A DNA stretch of 64,000 nt, from NCBI GenBank assembly GCA_963667925.1, contig OY764080.1:85990-149989 (forward strand). Reading direction: 5' to 3'. The notes beneath the pieces were generated by a model. It ran no database searches, was not told where the DNA came from, and saw only the letters and a list, made by a program, of their open reading frames with translations. Below, in pieces: positions 1 through 8,824 of the stretch (the stretch's first letter is position 1; every line of letters begins with the position of its first letter). The position numbers were made by a program, and so were the translations under genes. The DNA comes from Chloroflexota bacterium (GTDB lineage Bacteria; Chloroflexota; UBA11872).

Positions 1-258
1 GCACGTGGAGTCACCGAGGTTCGCGCGGCCATGGGCGGGGTGTTCGTAGCCCTCGGTCTGGCGCCCCTAATTCTCCGAAGGCCGGCCGAGCGCGTCCTTG
101 GTCTGGTCTATCTGGCCATTGCCGTGGTGCGCGCACCGTTCATGTTCGCGGACGGTTCCGAGGCCGAGCAGTCAAACTGGATCAGCCTGGCATTTGAAGT
201 CGCGGCGGCGGCCATCCTCTTGGCCGGAAGGTCGCGGAAGCCCACCTCGCGGGCCTGA
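1..258 (+). CDS. Small membrane protein, DUF4345-like; 5' end lies outside the window
   Basis: Frame is open from base 1 (ARGVTEVRAAMGGVF...). 'EVRAxxGG' is followed by three hydrophobic segments. Confidence 0.6.
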   Translation, partial: ARGVTEVRAAMGGVFVALGLAPLILRRPAERVLGLVYLAIAVVRAPFMFADGSEAEQSNWISLAFEVAAAAILLAGRSRKPTSRA

Positions 259-315
259 CGCCATGATTCGCAGTACACGGTCACCGATCCGCCGGCGGTC
301 GCCGGGCAGCGACCG

Positions 316-1107
316 ATGACGGACCCATGGCTGCTGGGTGGCGCAGCGGCGGTCATCGCGGTCAGCATGACCCTGGTGTGGCTGCTGAGCCTGGCGCTTC
401 GCAACGCCGGAATCGTGGATGTGTTCTGGGGGCTCGGGTTCACCATTCTGGCCGGCGCAGGCGTTTGGCTGGGATCGGGCGACGTGGCACGAAGCGCGCT
501 GACCCTGGTTCTGGTGGCGGTCTGGGGTGTTCGCCTGGCGGCGCACATTGGCTGGCGCAACCGTGGTAAGCCGGAGGACTTCCGGTATCAGCAGTTTCGT
601 CGCAACGCCGGCCCCGCCTTCTGGTGGCGCAGCTATTTCACCGTGTTCCTGTTGCAAGGCACCGTCATGTGGGTGGTCGCGCTACCGCTGCTTGCCGCGC
701 TGACCACTCCGGAACCACCGGCCTTCGGCCCGTGGGACGTCATGGCTGTGGTTCTGTGGCTTGCGGGATTTGCCTTTGAAGCCGGGGGCGATCTGCAGTT
801 GGCGCGCTTCAAGGCCAACTCGGCGAACCGTGGCCGGGTGCTGTCCAGTGGATTCTGGGGACTCACGCGCCATCCCAACTACTTTGGCGATGCGCTGATC
901 TGGTGGGGCTTCGGCTGCCTGGGGCTGGCGGTAGGGGCCTGGTGGGCGCTGCTTAGTCCCATAGTCATGACCTTCCTGCTGTGGCGCGTTTCGGGCGTCG
1001 CAATGCTGGAGCGCACGATGGTGGATACGAAGCCCGGCTACCGCGAGTACGTGGAGTCGACGCCGGCTTTCTTCCCCCGCCTTCCCGGATTGAAACGCCG
1101 TGACTGA
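316..1107 (+). CDS. DUF1295 / steroid 5-alpha-reductase-like membrane protein
   Basis: Motifs 'NAGIVDVFWG', 'EDFRY', 'GDLQLARFK' and 'TRHPNYFGD'; multiple TM helices. Confidence 0.9.
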   Translation: MTDPWLLGGAAAVIAVSMTLVWLLSLALRNAGIVDVFWGLGFTILAGAGVWLGSGDVARSALTLVLVAVWGVRLAAHIGWRNRGKPEDFRYQQFRRNAGPAFWWRSYFTVFLLQGTVMWVVALPLLAALTTPEPPAFGPWDVMAVVLWLAGFAFEAGGDLQLARFKANSANRGRVLSSGFWGLTRHPNYFGDALIWWGFGCLGLAVGAWWALLSPIVMTFLLWRVSGVAMLERTMVDTKPGYREYVESTPAFFPRLPGLKRRD

Positions 1108-2125
1108 GGAGCGAGCCTGGTTCGAACGCTTGGTGGCGCGCGGGCTGGCGCCCGACGGCCTTCTGCGAGTCGGGGTGCGCCTCGCACTGCGGCGGAGGCT
1201 GCGGTCTCTGGACCTCGCCGACGTGCGGCGACCTACGCAACAGCTACAGGATGGACCAGTCGCCGTTGAAACCGAGGCCGCCAACCGTCAGCACTATGAG
1301 GTGCCGACGGAGTTCTTTCGCCTGGTCCTGGGTCCGCGGCTCAAGTACAGCAGCGCGCTCTGGCCGCGAGACGATCTGACGCTGGCCCAGGCGGAGGACG
1401 CCATGTTGGACGTGACGGCTCAGCGCGCGCAGCTGGCAGACGGGCAGCGGGTGCTGGACCTGGGGAGCGGCTGGGGCGCATTCTCGCTGTGGGCGGCCGA
1501 ACGATTCCCGACCGCGAGCTTCACGGCGCTGAGCAACTCGAGAACGCAGCGCGAATTCGTCGCGGCTGAGGCCACCAGGCGCGGCCTAGCGAACGTGCGG
1601 GTCGTTGCCGGTAACGCCGCCGCGCTGGAGATTCCGGATCGCTTCGACCGCATCGTCAGCATCGAGATGCTGGAGCACGTGCGCAACCACGGGCCGTTGA
1701 TGTCTCAACTGGCCGCCGCGCTGGCTCCGGGCGGGCGCATCTTTGTTCACGTCTTCAGCCACAAGCGGCACACCTACACCTTCGAGCCGGCGGACGGGTG
1801 GATGGCGCGCAGGTTCTTCAGCGGCGGCACGATGCCGAATATTGAGCTTTTCGACGAGTGCGCGCCTGCGGTCAGGACCGTCGACCGTCACGTGGTCAAC
1901 GGCCGCCACTATGCGCGGACCCTGCGGGCCTGGCTACGCAACCTTGACCGGCGTCGCGGCGACGTGCGCAAGTTGTTTCGCCCGGTCTACGGGGAAGACT
2001 CGGCTGACCTTTGGATCGCGCGCTGGCGCCTGTTCTTCATCGCCTGCGAGGAATTGTTTGCCTATCGCGGCGGACGCGAGTGGGTGGTCGCACATCACCT
2101 GCTCGAACCTGCCAGGCCGACGTAG
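1100..2125 (+). CDS. SAM-dependent methyltransferase, cyclopropane-fatty-acyl-phospholipid synthase (CMAS) family
   Basis: 'ANRQHYEVP..FF..VLGPRLKYS', SAM motif 'VLDLGSGWG', and 'FDRIVSIEMLEH'. Overlaps the upstream stop. Confidence 0.9.
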   Translation: MTEERAWFERLVARGLAPDGLLRVGVRLALRRRLRSLDLADVRRPTQQLQDGPVAVETEAANRQHYEVPTEFFRLVLGPRLKYSSALWPRDDLTLAQAEDAMLDVTAQRAQLADGQRVLDLGSGWGAFSLWAAERFPTASFTALSNSRTQREFVAAEATRRGLANVRVVAGNAAALEIPDRFDRIVSIEMLEHVRNHGPLMSQLAAALAPGGRIFVHVFSHKRHTYTFEPADGWMARRFFSGGTMPNIELFDECAPAVRTVDRHVVNGRHYARTLRAWLRNLDRRRGDVRKLFRPVYGEDSADLWIARWRLFFIACEELFAYRGGREWVVAHHLLEPARPT

Positions 2126-2138
2126 AGGGGCTGCCGTC

Positions 2139-3380
2139 ATGCACATCGCCGTCGTCGGAGCCGGCGTTTCAGGGCTGGTTGCGGCGCGTGAGTTGGCGCC
2201 GCATCACCAGGTCACGATCTTCGAGGCCGGCAGCGCACCCGGCGGCCACGCACACACCGTGGACGTGGCCTGCGGCGAGCGCACCTATGCCGTGGATACG
2301 GGGTTCGTGGTCTTCAATCACCGTACGTACCCGGAGTTGCGGCGCCTTCTGGGCGAGTTACGCGTTCCGACTCAGCCCTCCGAGATGAGCTTCTCCGTGC
2401 GCTGCGACCGGAGCGGGGTTGAATACAGCGGCGCTTCGTTGAACTCCGTGTTTGCCCAGCGCCGAAACCTGGTGCGACCGGCGTTTCTGCGCCTGCTGTT
2501 CGACTATCTCCGATTCAACCGGCTGGCGACTGGACTTCTCGGCCCCGGCGAACGACGCACCCTGGGCGAATACCTGAACGACGCCGGATTCTCGCGCGTG
2601 TTCAGGGACCTCTACCTGGTGCCGATGGGATCGGCCGTCTGGTCGGCCGATCCATCCAAGTTCAGTCGCATACCCGTGCGCACCTTTGCGCGATTCTTCT
2701 ACAACCACGGGCTGCTGGGAATCTCGGGCAAGCCGCGCTGGCTATCGATCGTCGGCGGCGCCCGTCGGTATGTGGAGGCGCTGATCCAGCCGTTTCGCGA
2801 CCGCATCCATGTGCGCGCGCCCGTGGTTGGGGTCAGGCGGTCAGGCGACCACGTAACGGTGGCGGTGGCGGGGGCCGGCGAGACGCGGTTTGATCACGTC
2901 GTATTCGCGAACCACAGCGACCAGGCACTGGGTACGTTGCGGGATCCCAGTCGCCAGGAACGGGAGGTGCTGGGGGCCATCGAGTACCAGGCCAACGATG
3001 TGGCGCTGCACACCGATACCAACGTGCTTCCTCATCGACACCGGGCCTGGGCCTCGTGGAACTACCGCATTCCAAAGGACCACGCGGACGGCGTGCCGGC
3101 GACGTACATCATGAACCGCCTGCAGCGCCTGAACGCGCCGCAGACGTTTTGCGTCACACTGAATCAGACCGACTGCATTGACGACCGGACCGTCATCAGT
3201 CGTCTCCGGTACCAGCATCCGGTCTTCAACCAGGCGGCGATCGACGCTCAGGATCGTTGGGGTGAGATCAACGGTGCGCGCCGAACCTGGTATGCGGGGG
3301 CGTACTGGCGCTACGGCTTTCACGAGGATGGGGTGGTCAGCGGCCTGCGCGCGGCGCGGGCGCTGCTGGCCAGCGCATGA
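2139..3380 (+). CDS. FAD-dependent oxidoreductase (amine-oxidase-like; UfaD-type fatty-acid desaturase family)
   Basis: ATG at 2139 gives the dinucleotide fold 'MHIAVVGAGVSGL'. Also 'VDTGFVVFNHRTYP', 'AWASWNY' and 'GAYWRYGFHEDG'. Confidence 0.9.
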   Translation: MHIAVVGAGVSGLVAARELAPHHQVTIFEAGSAPGGHAHTVDVACGERTYAVDTGFVVFNHRTYPELRRLLGELRVPTQPSEMSFSVRCDRSGVEYSGASLNSVFAQRRNLVRPAFLRLLFDYLRFNRLATGLLGPGERRTLGEYLNDAGFSRVFRDLYLVPMGSAVWSADPSKFSRIPVRTFARFFYNHGLLGISGKPRWLSIVGGARRYVEALIQPFRDRIHVRAPVVGVRRSGDHVTVAVAGAGETRFDHVVFANHSDQALGTLRDPSRQEREVLGAIEYQANDVALHTDTNVLPHRHRAWASWNYRIPKDHADGVPATYIMNRLQRLNAPQTFCVTLNQTDCIDDRTVISRLRYQHPVFNQAAIDAQDRWGEINGARRTWYAGAYWRYGFHEDGVVSGLRAARALLASA

Positions 3381-4129
3381 ACGAGGCGAGCGCCCTCTAC
3401 ACGGGACACGTCACGCATGACCGGCGGGATCCAGTGGCCCACGGGTTTCGCTTCGACCTCTTCATGGTCTACCTGGATCTGGGCGAGTTGCCGGGGCTGT
3501 TCGACGGCCGGCTGCTTTGGTCGGCGCGGCGTCCGGCCCCGGCCTGGTTCTGTCGCGCCGATCACTTCGGCAATCCGAACATGCGGCTGGACGACGTTGT
3601 GCGCTCGAAGGTCGCCGAGGTGACTGGACGGCGGCCCGAGGGTCCGGTTCGGCTGCTGACTCATCTGCGCTACTTCGGCTACGTGATGAACCCGATCAGC
3701 GTCTACTACTGTTTCACGCCCGATGAATCCCGGGTGCAGGCGCTTGTGGCCGAAGTGACCAACACACCCTGGGGCGAGCGGCACGTCTATGTCGTTGAAC
3801 CTGAGCCGGACGTCCCCGGAGGGCGGCTGCGCGCCAGCTTTGCCAAGGCGCTGCATGTGTCGCCCTTCATGCACATGGACCAGAGCTATCAGCTAACAGC
3901 CACGATTCCGGGCGAGCAGCTGAACGTACAGATAGATGTGGCGCGTGGCGGGTCGCCGCTCTTCGAGGCGAATCTGGCGCTGCGCCGCCGTCCGCTCACG
4001 AGCCGATTCCTGAACCTGGCGCTGATTGGCTACCCGTTCTTGACCGCGCGCGTGGCCGCGGCCATTTACTGGCACGCGCTGCGGCTCTGGCTGAAACGGG
4101 TGCCATTCGTCCCACATCCGGGGCACTGA
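3377..4129 (+). CDS. DUF1365 family protein (UfaO-like)
   Basis: 'GYVMNPISVYYC', 'AEVTNTPWGERHVY', 'KALHVSPFM' and 'IYWHALRLWLK'. ATGA overlap with the upstream gene. Confidence 0.9.
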   Translation: MNEASALYTGHVTHDRRDPVAHGFRFDLFMVYLDLGELPGLFDGRLLWSARRPAPAWFCRADHFGNPNMRLDDVVRSKVAEVTGRRPEGPVRLLTHLRYFGYVMNPISVYYCFTPDESRVQALVAEVTNTPWGERHVYVVEPEPDVPGGRLRASFAKALHVSPFMHMDQSYQLTATIPGEQLNVQIDVARGGSPLFEANLALRRRPLTSRFLNLALIGYPFLTARVAAAIYWHALRLWLKRVPFVPHPGH

Positions 4130-4202
4130 CCCGGGCGGAACTATCGGCGCGGCCCGTAAGCTGGCGCGTCACGTCCCAGCCGCCCAAGGTGACAGTCCCG
4201 CC

Positions 4203-5636
4203 ATGACGACCCGCTATGAACCCAACTGGCGCTCCTTGCGCGAGCACCGCACGCCACGCTGGTTCACCGACGCCAAGTTCGGCATCTATACCCACTGGGG
4301 CATCTACAGCGTGCCGGCGTGGGGCCCCAACGCCACCTGGTATCCGTATCGGATGTACCGGCAGGGGGAGCCACACTACGCGCACCACGTGAAGACTTAC
4401 GGGCATCCCGGTGAGTTCGGCTACAAGGACTTCATTCCGGAGTTCAACGGGGCGAACTTCGACGCCGACGCATGGGCCGATCTGTTCAAGCGGGCCGGGG
4501 CGCAGTTCGCGGGACCGGTAGCGGAGCACCACGACGGTTTCGCCCTCTGGGACAGCGCGCACACCGAGTGGAACGCGGCCCGCATGGGGCCGAAGCGTGA
4601 CGTGGTGGGCGAACTGGCGCAGGCCGTTCGGCGTCACGGCATGCGCTACATGGTGGCCATGCACCACGCGGAAAATTGGTGGTTCTTCCCGCACTGGCGG
4701 ACGGACTTCGACACGTCCGATCCTCGCTATGCCGGCTTGTACGGCGAGCCGCACAACTTGGACTTCCCGCTGCGGGACGTCGAGTGGGACGAGCAGGACA
4801 AGCCGAGCAGGGCGTTCCTCGATTCCTGGAAGGCCAGGCTGGTCGAAGTCGTGGACAAGTACGAGCCGGACTACATCTGGTTCGACTTTGGCCTGAAGGC
4901 CGTGCACGAGCAGTACAAGCAAGACTTCCTGGCCTACTACTACAACAAGGAAGCCGAATGGGGCCGCGGCGTGGTGGTGACCTACAAGTGGGACAACCTG
5001 CCGCCGGGCGTGGGCGTGCTGGACATCGAGCTGGGCAAGATGCCGGATCAGGCCTACCACGAGTGGATTACCGACACGACGGTGGACGACGGCTCGGGCT
5101 GGGGCTACCTCCGGGAGACCACGTACAAGTCGGCCACCGAACTGGTGCAGTACCTGGTGGACAACGTCAGCAAGAACGGGCTGATGCTCTTGAACGTGGG
5201 CCCAAAGCCCGACGGAACGATCCCTGACGAGGCGGTGTCGGCGCTGGAAGGCATCGGCGACTGGCTGCGCGTCAACGGCGAGGCGATCTACGCGACCACG
5301 CCCTGGTGGACCTACGGCGAAGGGCCTACCGAGATGTCGGTATCAGGGGCCTTCAGCGACACCAAGGAGAAGCTGGCGTACCAGGGCAGCGACATCCGGT
5401 TCACGGTGAAGGGCAACGTGCTCTACGCAATCTGCCTGGACTGGCCGGAGCCGACCTTCACGATCGAGTCGCTGAAAACGCTGTATCCGAACGAGATCCG
5501 GTCGGTGGAATTGCTGGGTGCTGACGGCGAGCTTTCGTGGCGCACGACGGCTGAGGGGCTGGAGATCCAGCGGCCCAAGCGTCGGCCCTGCGAACACGCC
5601 TACGCGTTCAAGATCACGCGGAATACGTCGATGTAG
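4203..5636 (+). CDS. Alpha-L-fucosidase, GH29
   Basis: 'WFTDAKFGIYTHWGIYSVP', 'EHHDGFALW', nucleophile region 'IWFD' and 'SKNGLMLLNVGPKPDGTIP'. Confidence 0.93.
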   Translation: MTTRYEPNWRSLREHRTPRWFTDAKFGIYTHWGIYSVPAWGPNATWYPYRMYRQGEPHYAHHVKTYGHPGEFGYKDFIPEFNGANFDADAWADLFKRAGAQFAGPVAEHHDGFALWDSAHTEWNAARMGPKRDVVGELAQAVRRHGMRYMVAMHHAENWWFFPHWRTDFDTSDPRYAGLYGEPHNLDFPLRDVEWDEQDKPSRAFLDSWKARLVEVVDKYEPDYIWFDFGLKAVHEQYKQDFLAYYYNKEAEWGRGVVVTYKWDNLPPGVGVLDIELGKMPDQAYHEWITDTTVDDGSGWGYLRETTYKSATELVQYLVDNVSKNGLMLLNVGPKPDGTIPDEAVSALEGIGDWLRVNGEAIYATTPWWTYGEGPTEMSVSGAFSDTKEKLAYQGSDIRFTVKGNVLYAICLDWPEPTFTIESLKTLYPNEIRSVELLGADGELSWRTTAEGLEIQRPKRRPCEHAYAFKITRNTSM

Positions 5637-5657
5637 GGCAGCGCGTTCGGTCGTCGA

Positions 5658-5686
5658 CGGCGGGCGCCTGCGCTTCGAGCCCGCCG
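5658..5686. terminator. GC-rich hairpin between convergent genes
   Basis: 8-bp inverted repeat CGGCGGGC...GCCCGCCG with no U-tract, so support is weak. Confidence 0.35.
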
Positions 5687-6658
5687 CTAGCCGCGCCCCT
5701 GAAGCCAGCGCCAGATCCAGCGCACCTGTTCGTCGCGGTGGGTTGACGTGCTGGAGTGGTCGAGAAACGGAAATACGTTGATGTCACGGGGTTCGCAGGT
5801 GAGCCGGTTGAACGCTCCGAATACCGTGGACGGCGGGCAGATGTCGTCCCACAAGCCCACGCTCACCAGCGTCGGGCAGCTGATGCGCGGCGCCAGGTTG
5901 ACCACGTCGAAGTAACTGAGGGTGCGAAAGGTCTCGTCGTAGCGGTCGGGGAAAGCGCGGCAGTAGGCGGGAATCTCGCCGTAGATCGTCTTTACGAGGC
6001 CCGGTGGGCCGGCGATCTGGACCGCGCGCGGAAAGTCGCAGAGGTAGGGAACCTCCGGCATGGCCAGCGCAACGCTTGGTTCCAGGGCCGCCGTCGCCAG
6101 GGTCAGCCCGCCGCCCTGGCTGATGCCGGTGCAGCCGACACGGTCAGCGAGCACGCGGGGAAGTGACTGGACATATCGCACGGCTCGCACGCAGTCCACG
6201 TAGACCCGACGGTAGTAATAGGTGTCGGGCGACTGGATGCCCTGGGTCATCCAACCCAGGGCGTGGCCGCGGGGATCGGCGTCGGGGTCGGTGCTGTAGC
6301 CGGTCTGTCCGCGCACGTCGACTGCGAAGACTACGAAGCCCTGCAGCGCCCAGGCCGCGGCGTCGAATACGGATCCGCGGTTGCCGGTGTAGCCGTGGAA
6401 GATCACCAGGCCAGGGAGTTCGGTGTCGCCGTCGGGGATCAGAAGCGAGCCGGCCACGCGACCCTGACCGTAGCCGGCGATGGTGACCTCCTGAACGGTT
6501 AGGCCATCGACTGGATAGTCCACGGGAGCCGCGATGTCATCGAACGGGTGGTCCTGTTCGGCCAGGGTTTGGGCCCAAAATTCGTCCAGGTCGTCGGGGG
6601 CTGTGGGCGGCGGGACATAGACGCGCAGTTCCTCGAGTGGCCAGTCAATACTTGGCAT
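5687..6658 (-). CDS. Acetyl xylan esterase / cephalosporin-C deacetylase (CE7)
   Basis: 'PDDLDEFW', 'FHGY', 'DVRGQ', nucleophile 'GISQGGG', 'GLWDDICPPSTVF' and a C-terminal His. Confidence 0.92.
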   Translation of the reverse strand: MPSIDWPLEELRVYVPPPTAPDDLDEFWAQTLAEQDHPFDDIAAPVDYPVDGLTVQEVTIAGYGQGRVAGSLLIPDGDTELPGLVIFHGYTGNRGSVFDAAAWALQGFVVFAVDVRGQTGYSTDPDADPRGHALGWMTQGIQSPDTYYYRRVYVDCVRAVRYVQSLPRVLADRVGCTGISQGGGLTLATAALEPSVALAMPEVPYLCDFPRAVQIAGPPGLVKTIYGEIPAYCRAFPDRYDETFRTLSYFDVVNLAPRISCPTLVSVGLWDDICPPSTVFGAFNRLTCEPRDINVFPFLDHSSTSTHRDEQVRWIWRWLQGRG

Positions 6659-6698
6659 CAGGCTTCACCGTGCCCTTTCTCGTAGTGACAGATGTCTG

Positions 6699-7142
6699 CT
6701 AGCCGTGGGCGGCTTCGTGCTGGGCGATCAGTTGCTCTGGCGTAATGCGGGCGATGACCTCGCCGATCAGGTCCAACGCCGCGGCCTCGGCCCTGGGAAA
6801 GCGGACGCAGGACTTGCCCATGTTGAGCCGCTTGCCCGACTGCTTGTAGGCATCCACGAACCACTCGGTCAGCTCGGGGTCTGCGTAGAGGCCGTGCAGA
6901 TAAACGGAGATGTGGCGCTTCTGCGCCGCCAGCGCGGCCACGCCCAGGGCCTGCCCGTTGTAGGTGTTGGGGAAGTCTTCGAGCGGGATGGCGTATCCGA
7001 TCATTCCGTACTGCATGCACTCCTCGAAGCCGTCCGGCAGGTTAGCCAGGATGACCTCGCAGACCTGCTGGATGTCGGCCCGCCGGTTCTCGGGGAGCTC
7101 GGCCAGGTACTGCTCAACCGTTGCAGCTTTGCTGGAGACCAT
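6699..7142 (-). CDS. DUF1801 domain protein
   Basis: 'TVEQYLAELP', 'MQYGMIGY', 'LAAQKRHISVY' and 'MGKSCVRF'. Confidence 0.85.
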   Translation of the reverse strand: MVSSKAATVEQYLAELPENRRADIQQVCEVILANLPDGFEECMQYGMIGYAIPLEDFPNTYNGQALGVAALAAQKRHISVYLHGLYADPELTEWFVDAYKQSGKRLNMGKSCVRFPRAEAAALDLIGEVIARITPEQLIAQHEAAHG

Positions 7143-7160
7143 TGGCTGATTCCTTTCGGG

Positions 7161-7922
7161 CTAGAGGCCGATGGCCATGCGGGTGGTGAGGGCGCCGTCG
7201 ACGTAGAGGGTCGTTCCGTTGACGTAGGAGGCCTCATCGGAGGCGAGATAAACGACGGCGGCGGCGATTTCCGGTGGCTGGCCGACGCGACCGGCCGGGA
7301 TTGTGGCGCCGATGGAGGAGGCGTCCATGTTCTGGTCGGCATAACGGTCGACCTGGATGGCGCCGGGGGCGATGACGTTACAAGTGACCCCGTGCGGGGC
7401 GAGCGCCAGGGCCAGGGCACGGGAGAAACCGTTGATCCCGCCCTTGGTGGAGGCGTAGACGACGTTTTGGACGAGGTGTACGTAGCCATGGACGGAACTG
7501 ATGTTGATGATGCGGCCGGATCCGCGCTCGACCATGTGGCGGGCGGCTTCCTGGCTGCCGGTGATCATGGCGATCAGGTTGATGTTGAAGATATCCAGCC
7601 AGTTCTGGGTGTTGCCTTCGAGGAAGTCCTCGCTCAGGGTCCAGCCGGCGTTGTTGACCAGGATGTCCAGTTGGCCGTAGCGCTCGATCGCGCCGGTCAC
7701 GACGCCGCGGGCGGTGTCGGGGTCGCGGAAGTCGGCCTGCGTGATTTCGACTTCAGCGCCGTCGGCCCGCAACTCATCGCGTAGCTCTTCGGCCCCGGTG
7801 AAGCTGTTTGAGGCCGACACCACCAGGCGGCAGCCTTCCGCCGCCAGCCGCCGCGCAATGCCCTTGCCGATGCCGGTTCCACCGCCGGTAACGACGGCGA
7901 CGCGTCCTCGCAAGTCTGCCAT
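7161..7922 (-). CDS. SDR family NAD(P)-dependent oxidoreductase
   Basis: ATG at 7922 (MADLRGRVAVVTGGGTGIG); 'LVNNAG'; catalytic 'YASTK'. Confidence 0.92.
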   Translation of the reverse strand: MADLRGRVAVVTGGGTGIGKGIARRLAAEGCRLVVSASNSFTGAEELRDELRADGAEVEITQADFRDPDTARGVVTGAIERYGQLDILVNNAGWTLSEDFLEGNTQNWLDIFNINLIAMITGSQEAARHMVERGSGRIINISSVHGYVHLVQNVVYASTKGGINGFSRALALALAPHGVTCNVIAPGAIQVDRYADQNMDASSIGATIPAGRVGQPPEIAAAVVYLASDEASYVNGTTLYVDGALTTRMAIGL

Positions 7923-8071
7923 GGTCTCGCTCGCTTGAAGTGCCGCTGGTGATTGCGCGCATTTTGGCATTGAGTGCGGGGCTGTGAACCGTTCGCGGAG
8001 AGGTGTGACAAGCTTCGGCCAGCCAGACTGCGACGATGGCCTGTGCCGGCTACCAGGAGATGGGGTGCCGA

Positions 8072-8824
8072 ATGACCCGAGCGGGGGCTTGGCTGGCACG
8101 GTGGGCGCTGCTGGCGGTGCTGCTACTGGCGGCGTGCGGGGAAGCGGCGGACGAAGCGCCGGCGGCCGATAACGACGGAGCTTTCGCTGAGCGGCGGGCG
8201 CAGTTGATGGCGGAGATTCGCGCGTCGGACCGCGAGATATCGGAGCCGGTGCTGGCGGCGGTGGAGCGGGTGGACCGGCACCGGTTTGTGCGGCCGGAGA
8301 ACGTGGACGAGGCCTATGAGAACCGGCCGCTGCCGATTGGCGAGGGGCAGACGATCTCGCAGCCGCTGATCGTGGCGATGATGACGGAGGCGCTGGGGAT
8401 CTCGCACGGTGACCGGATTCTTGAGATCGGAACGGGATCGGGCTACCAGGCGGCGGTGCTGGCGGAGATGGGCGCGACGGTCTATAGCGTGGAGATCATC
8501 CCGCCGCTGGCCGAGTGGTCCGAGGAGAACCTGCGCGGCGCGGGCTACGGGAACGTCGTGCAGCGCACGGATGACGGCTACTTTGGCTGGGAAGCGGAGG
8601 CGCCCTTTGACGGCATCATCGTCACGGCGGCGCCGGATCACGTGCCGCAGCCGCTAATCCGGCAACTCAAGGTGGGCGGGCGGATGATCGTGCCGGTGGG
8701 TCCGCCGGGGTTCTATCAGACGCTCTGGCAGATCGAGCGTGCGGAGGAGGGCGTGGTGGCGACGAACCTGGGGCTGGTTCGTTTCGTTCCGCTTACCGGG
8801 GAGATGTCGGCCGAAGATCCCTAG
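8072..8824 (+). CDS. pcm: Protein-L-isoaspartate O-methyltransferase with predicted lipoprotein signal peptide
   Basis: 'PLPIGEGQTISQP', 'LEIGTGSGYQAAVL' and 'APFDGIIVTAA'. N-terminus MTRAGAWLARWALLAVLLLAA-C carries a lipobox. Confidence 0.92.
   Translation: MTRAGAWLARWALLAVLLLAACGEAADEAPAADNDGAFAERRAQLMAEIRASDREISEPVLAAVERVDRHRFVRPENVDEAYENRPLPIGEGQTISQPLIVAMMTEALGISHGDRILEIGTGSGYQAAVLAEMGATVYSVEIIPPLAEWSEENLRGAGYGNVVQRTDDGYFGWEAEAPFDGIIVTAAPDHVPQPLIRQLKVGGRMIVPVGPPGFYQTLWQIERAEEGVVATNLGLVRFVPLTGEMSAEDP

Noticed and set aside
1743-2138. 132-aa N-terminal extension of the FAD oxidoreductase in the ORF track
   Set aside because: It overlaps the methyltransferase gene. The Rossmann motif begins right after the ATG at 2139.
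3996-5060. 354-aa antisense ORF, and similar long ORFs at 6705-7784, 11182-12486, 14593-15861, 24603-25931, 41118-42164 and 62495-63430
   Set aside because: These are shadow ORFs expected in high-GC DNA. They overlap well-supported genes and show no recognisable motifs.
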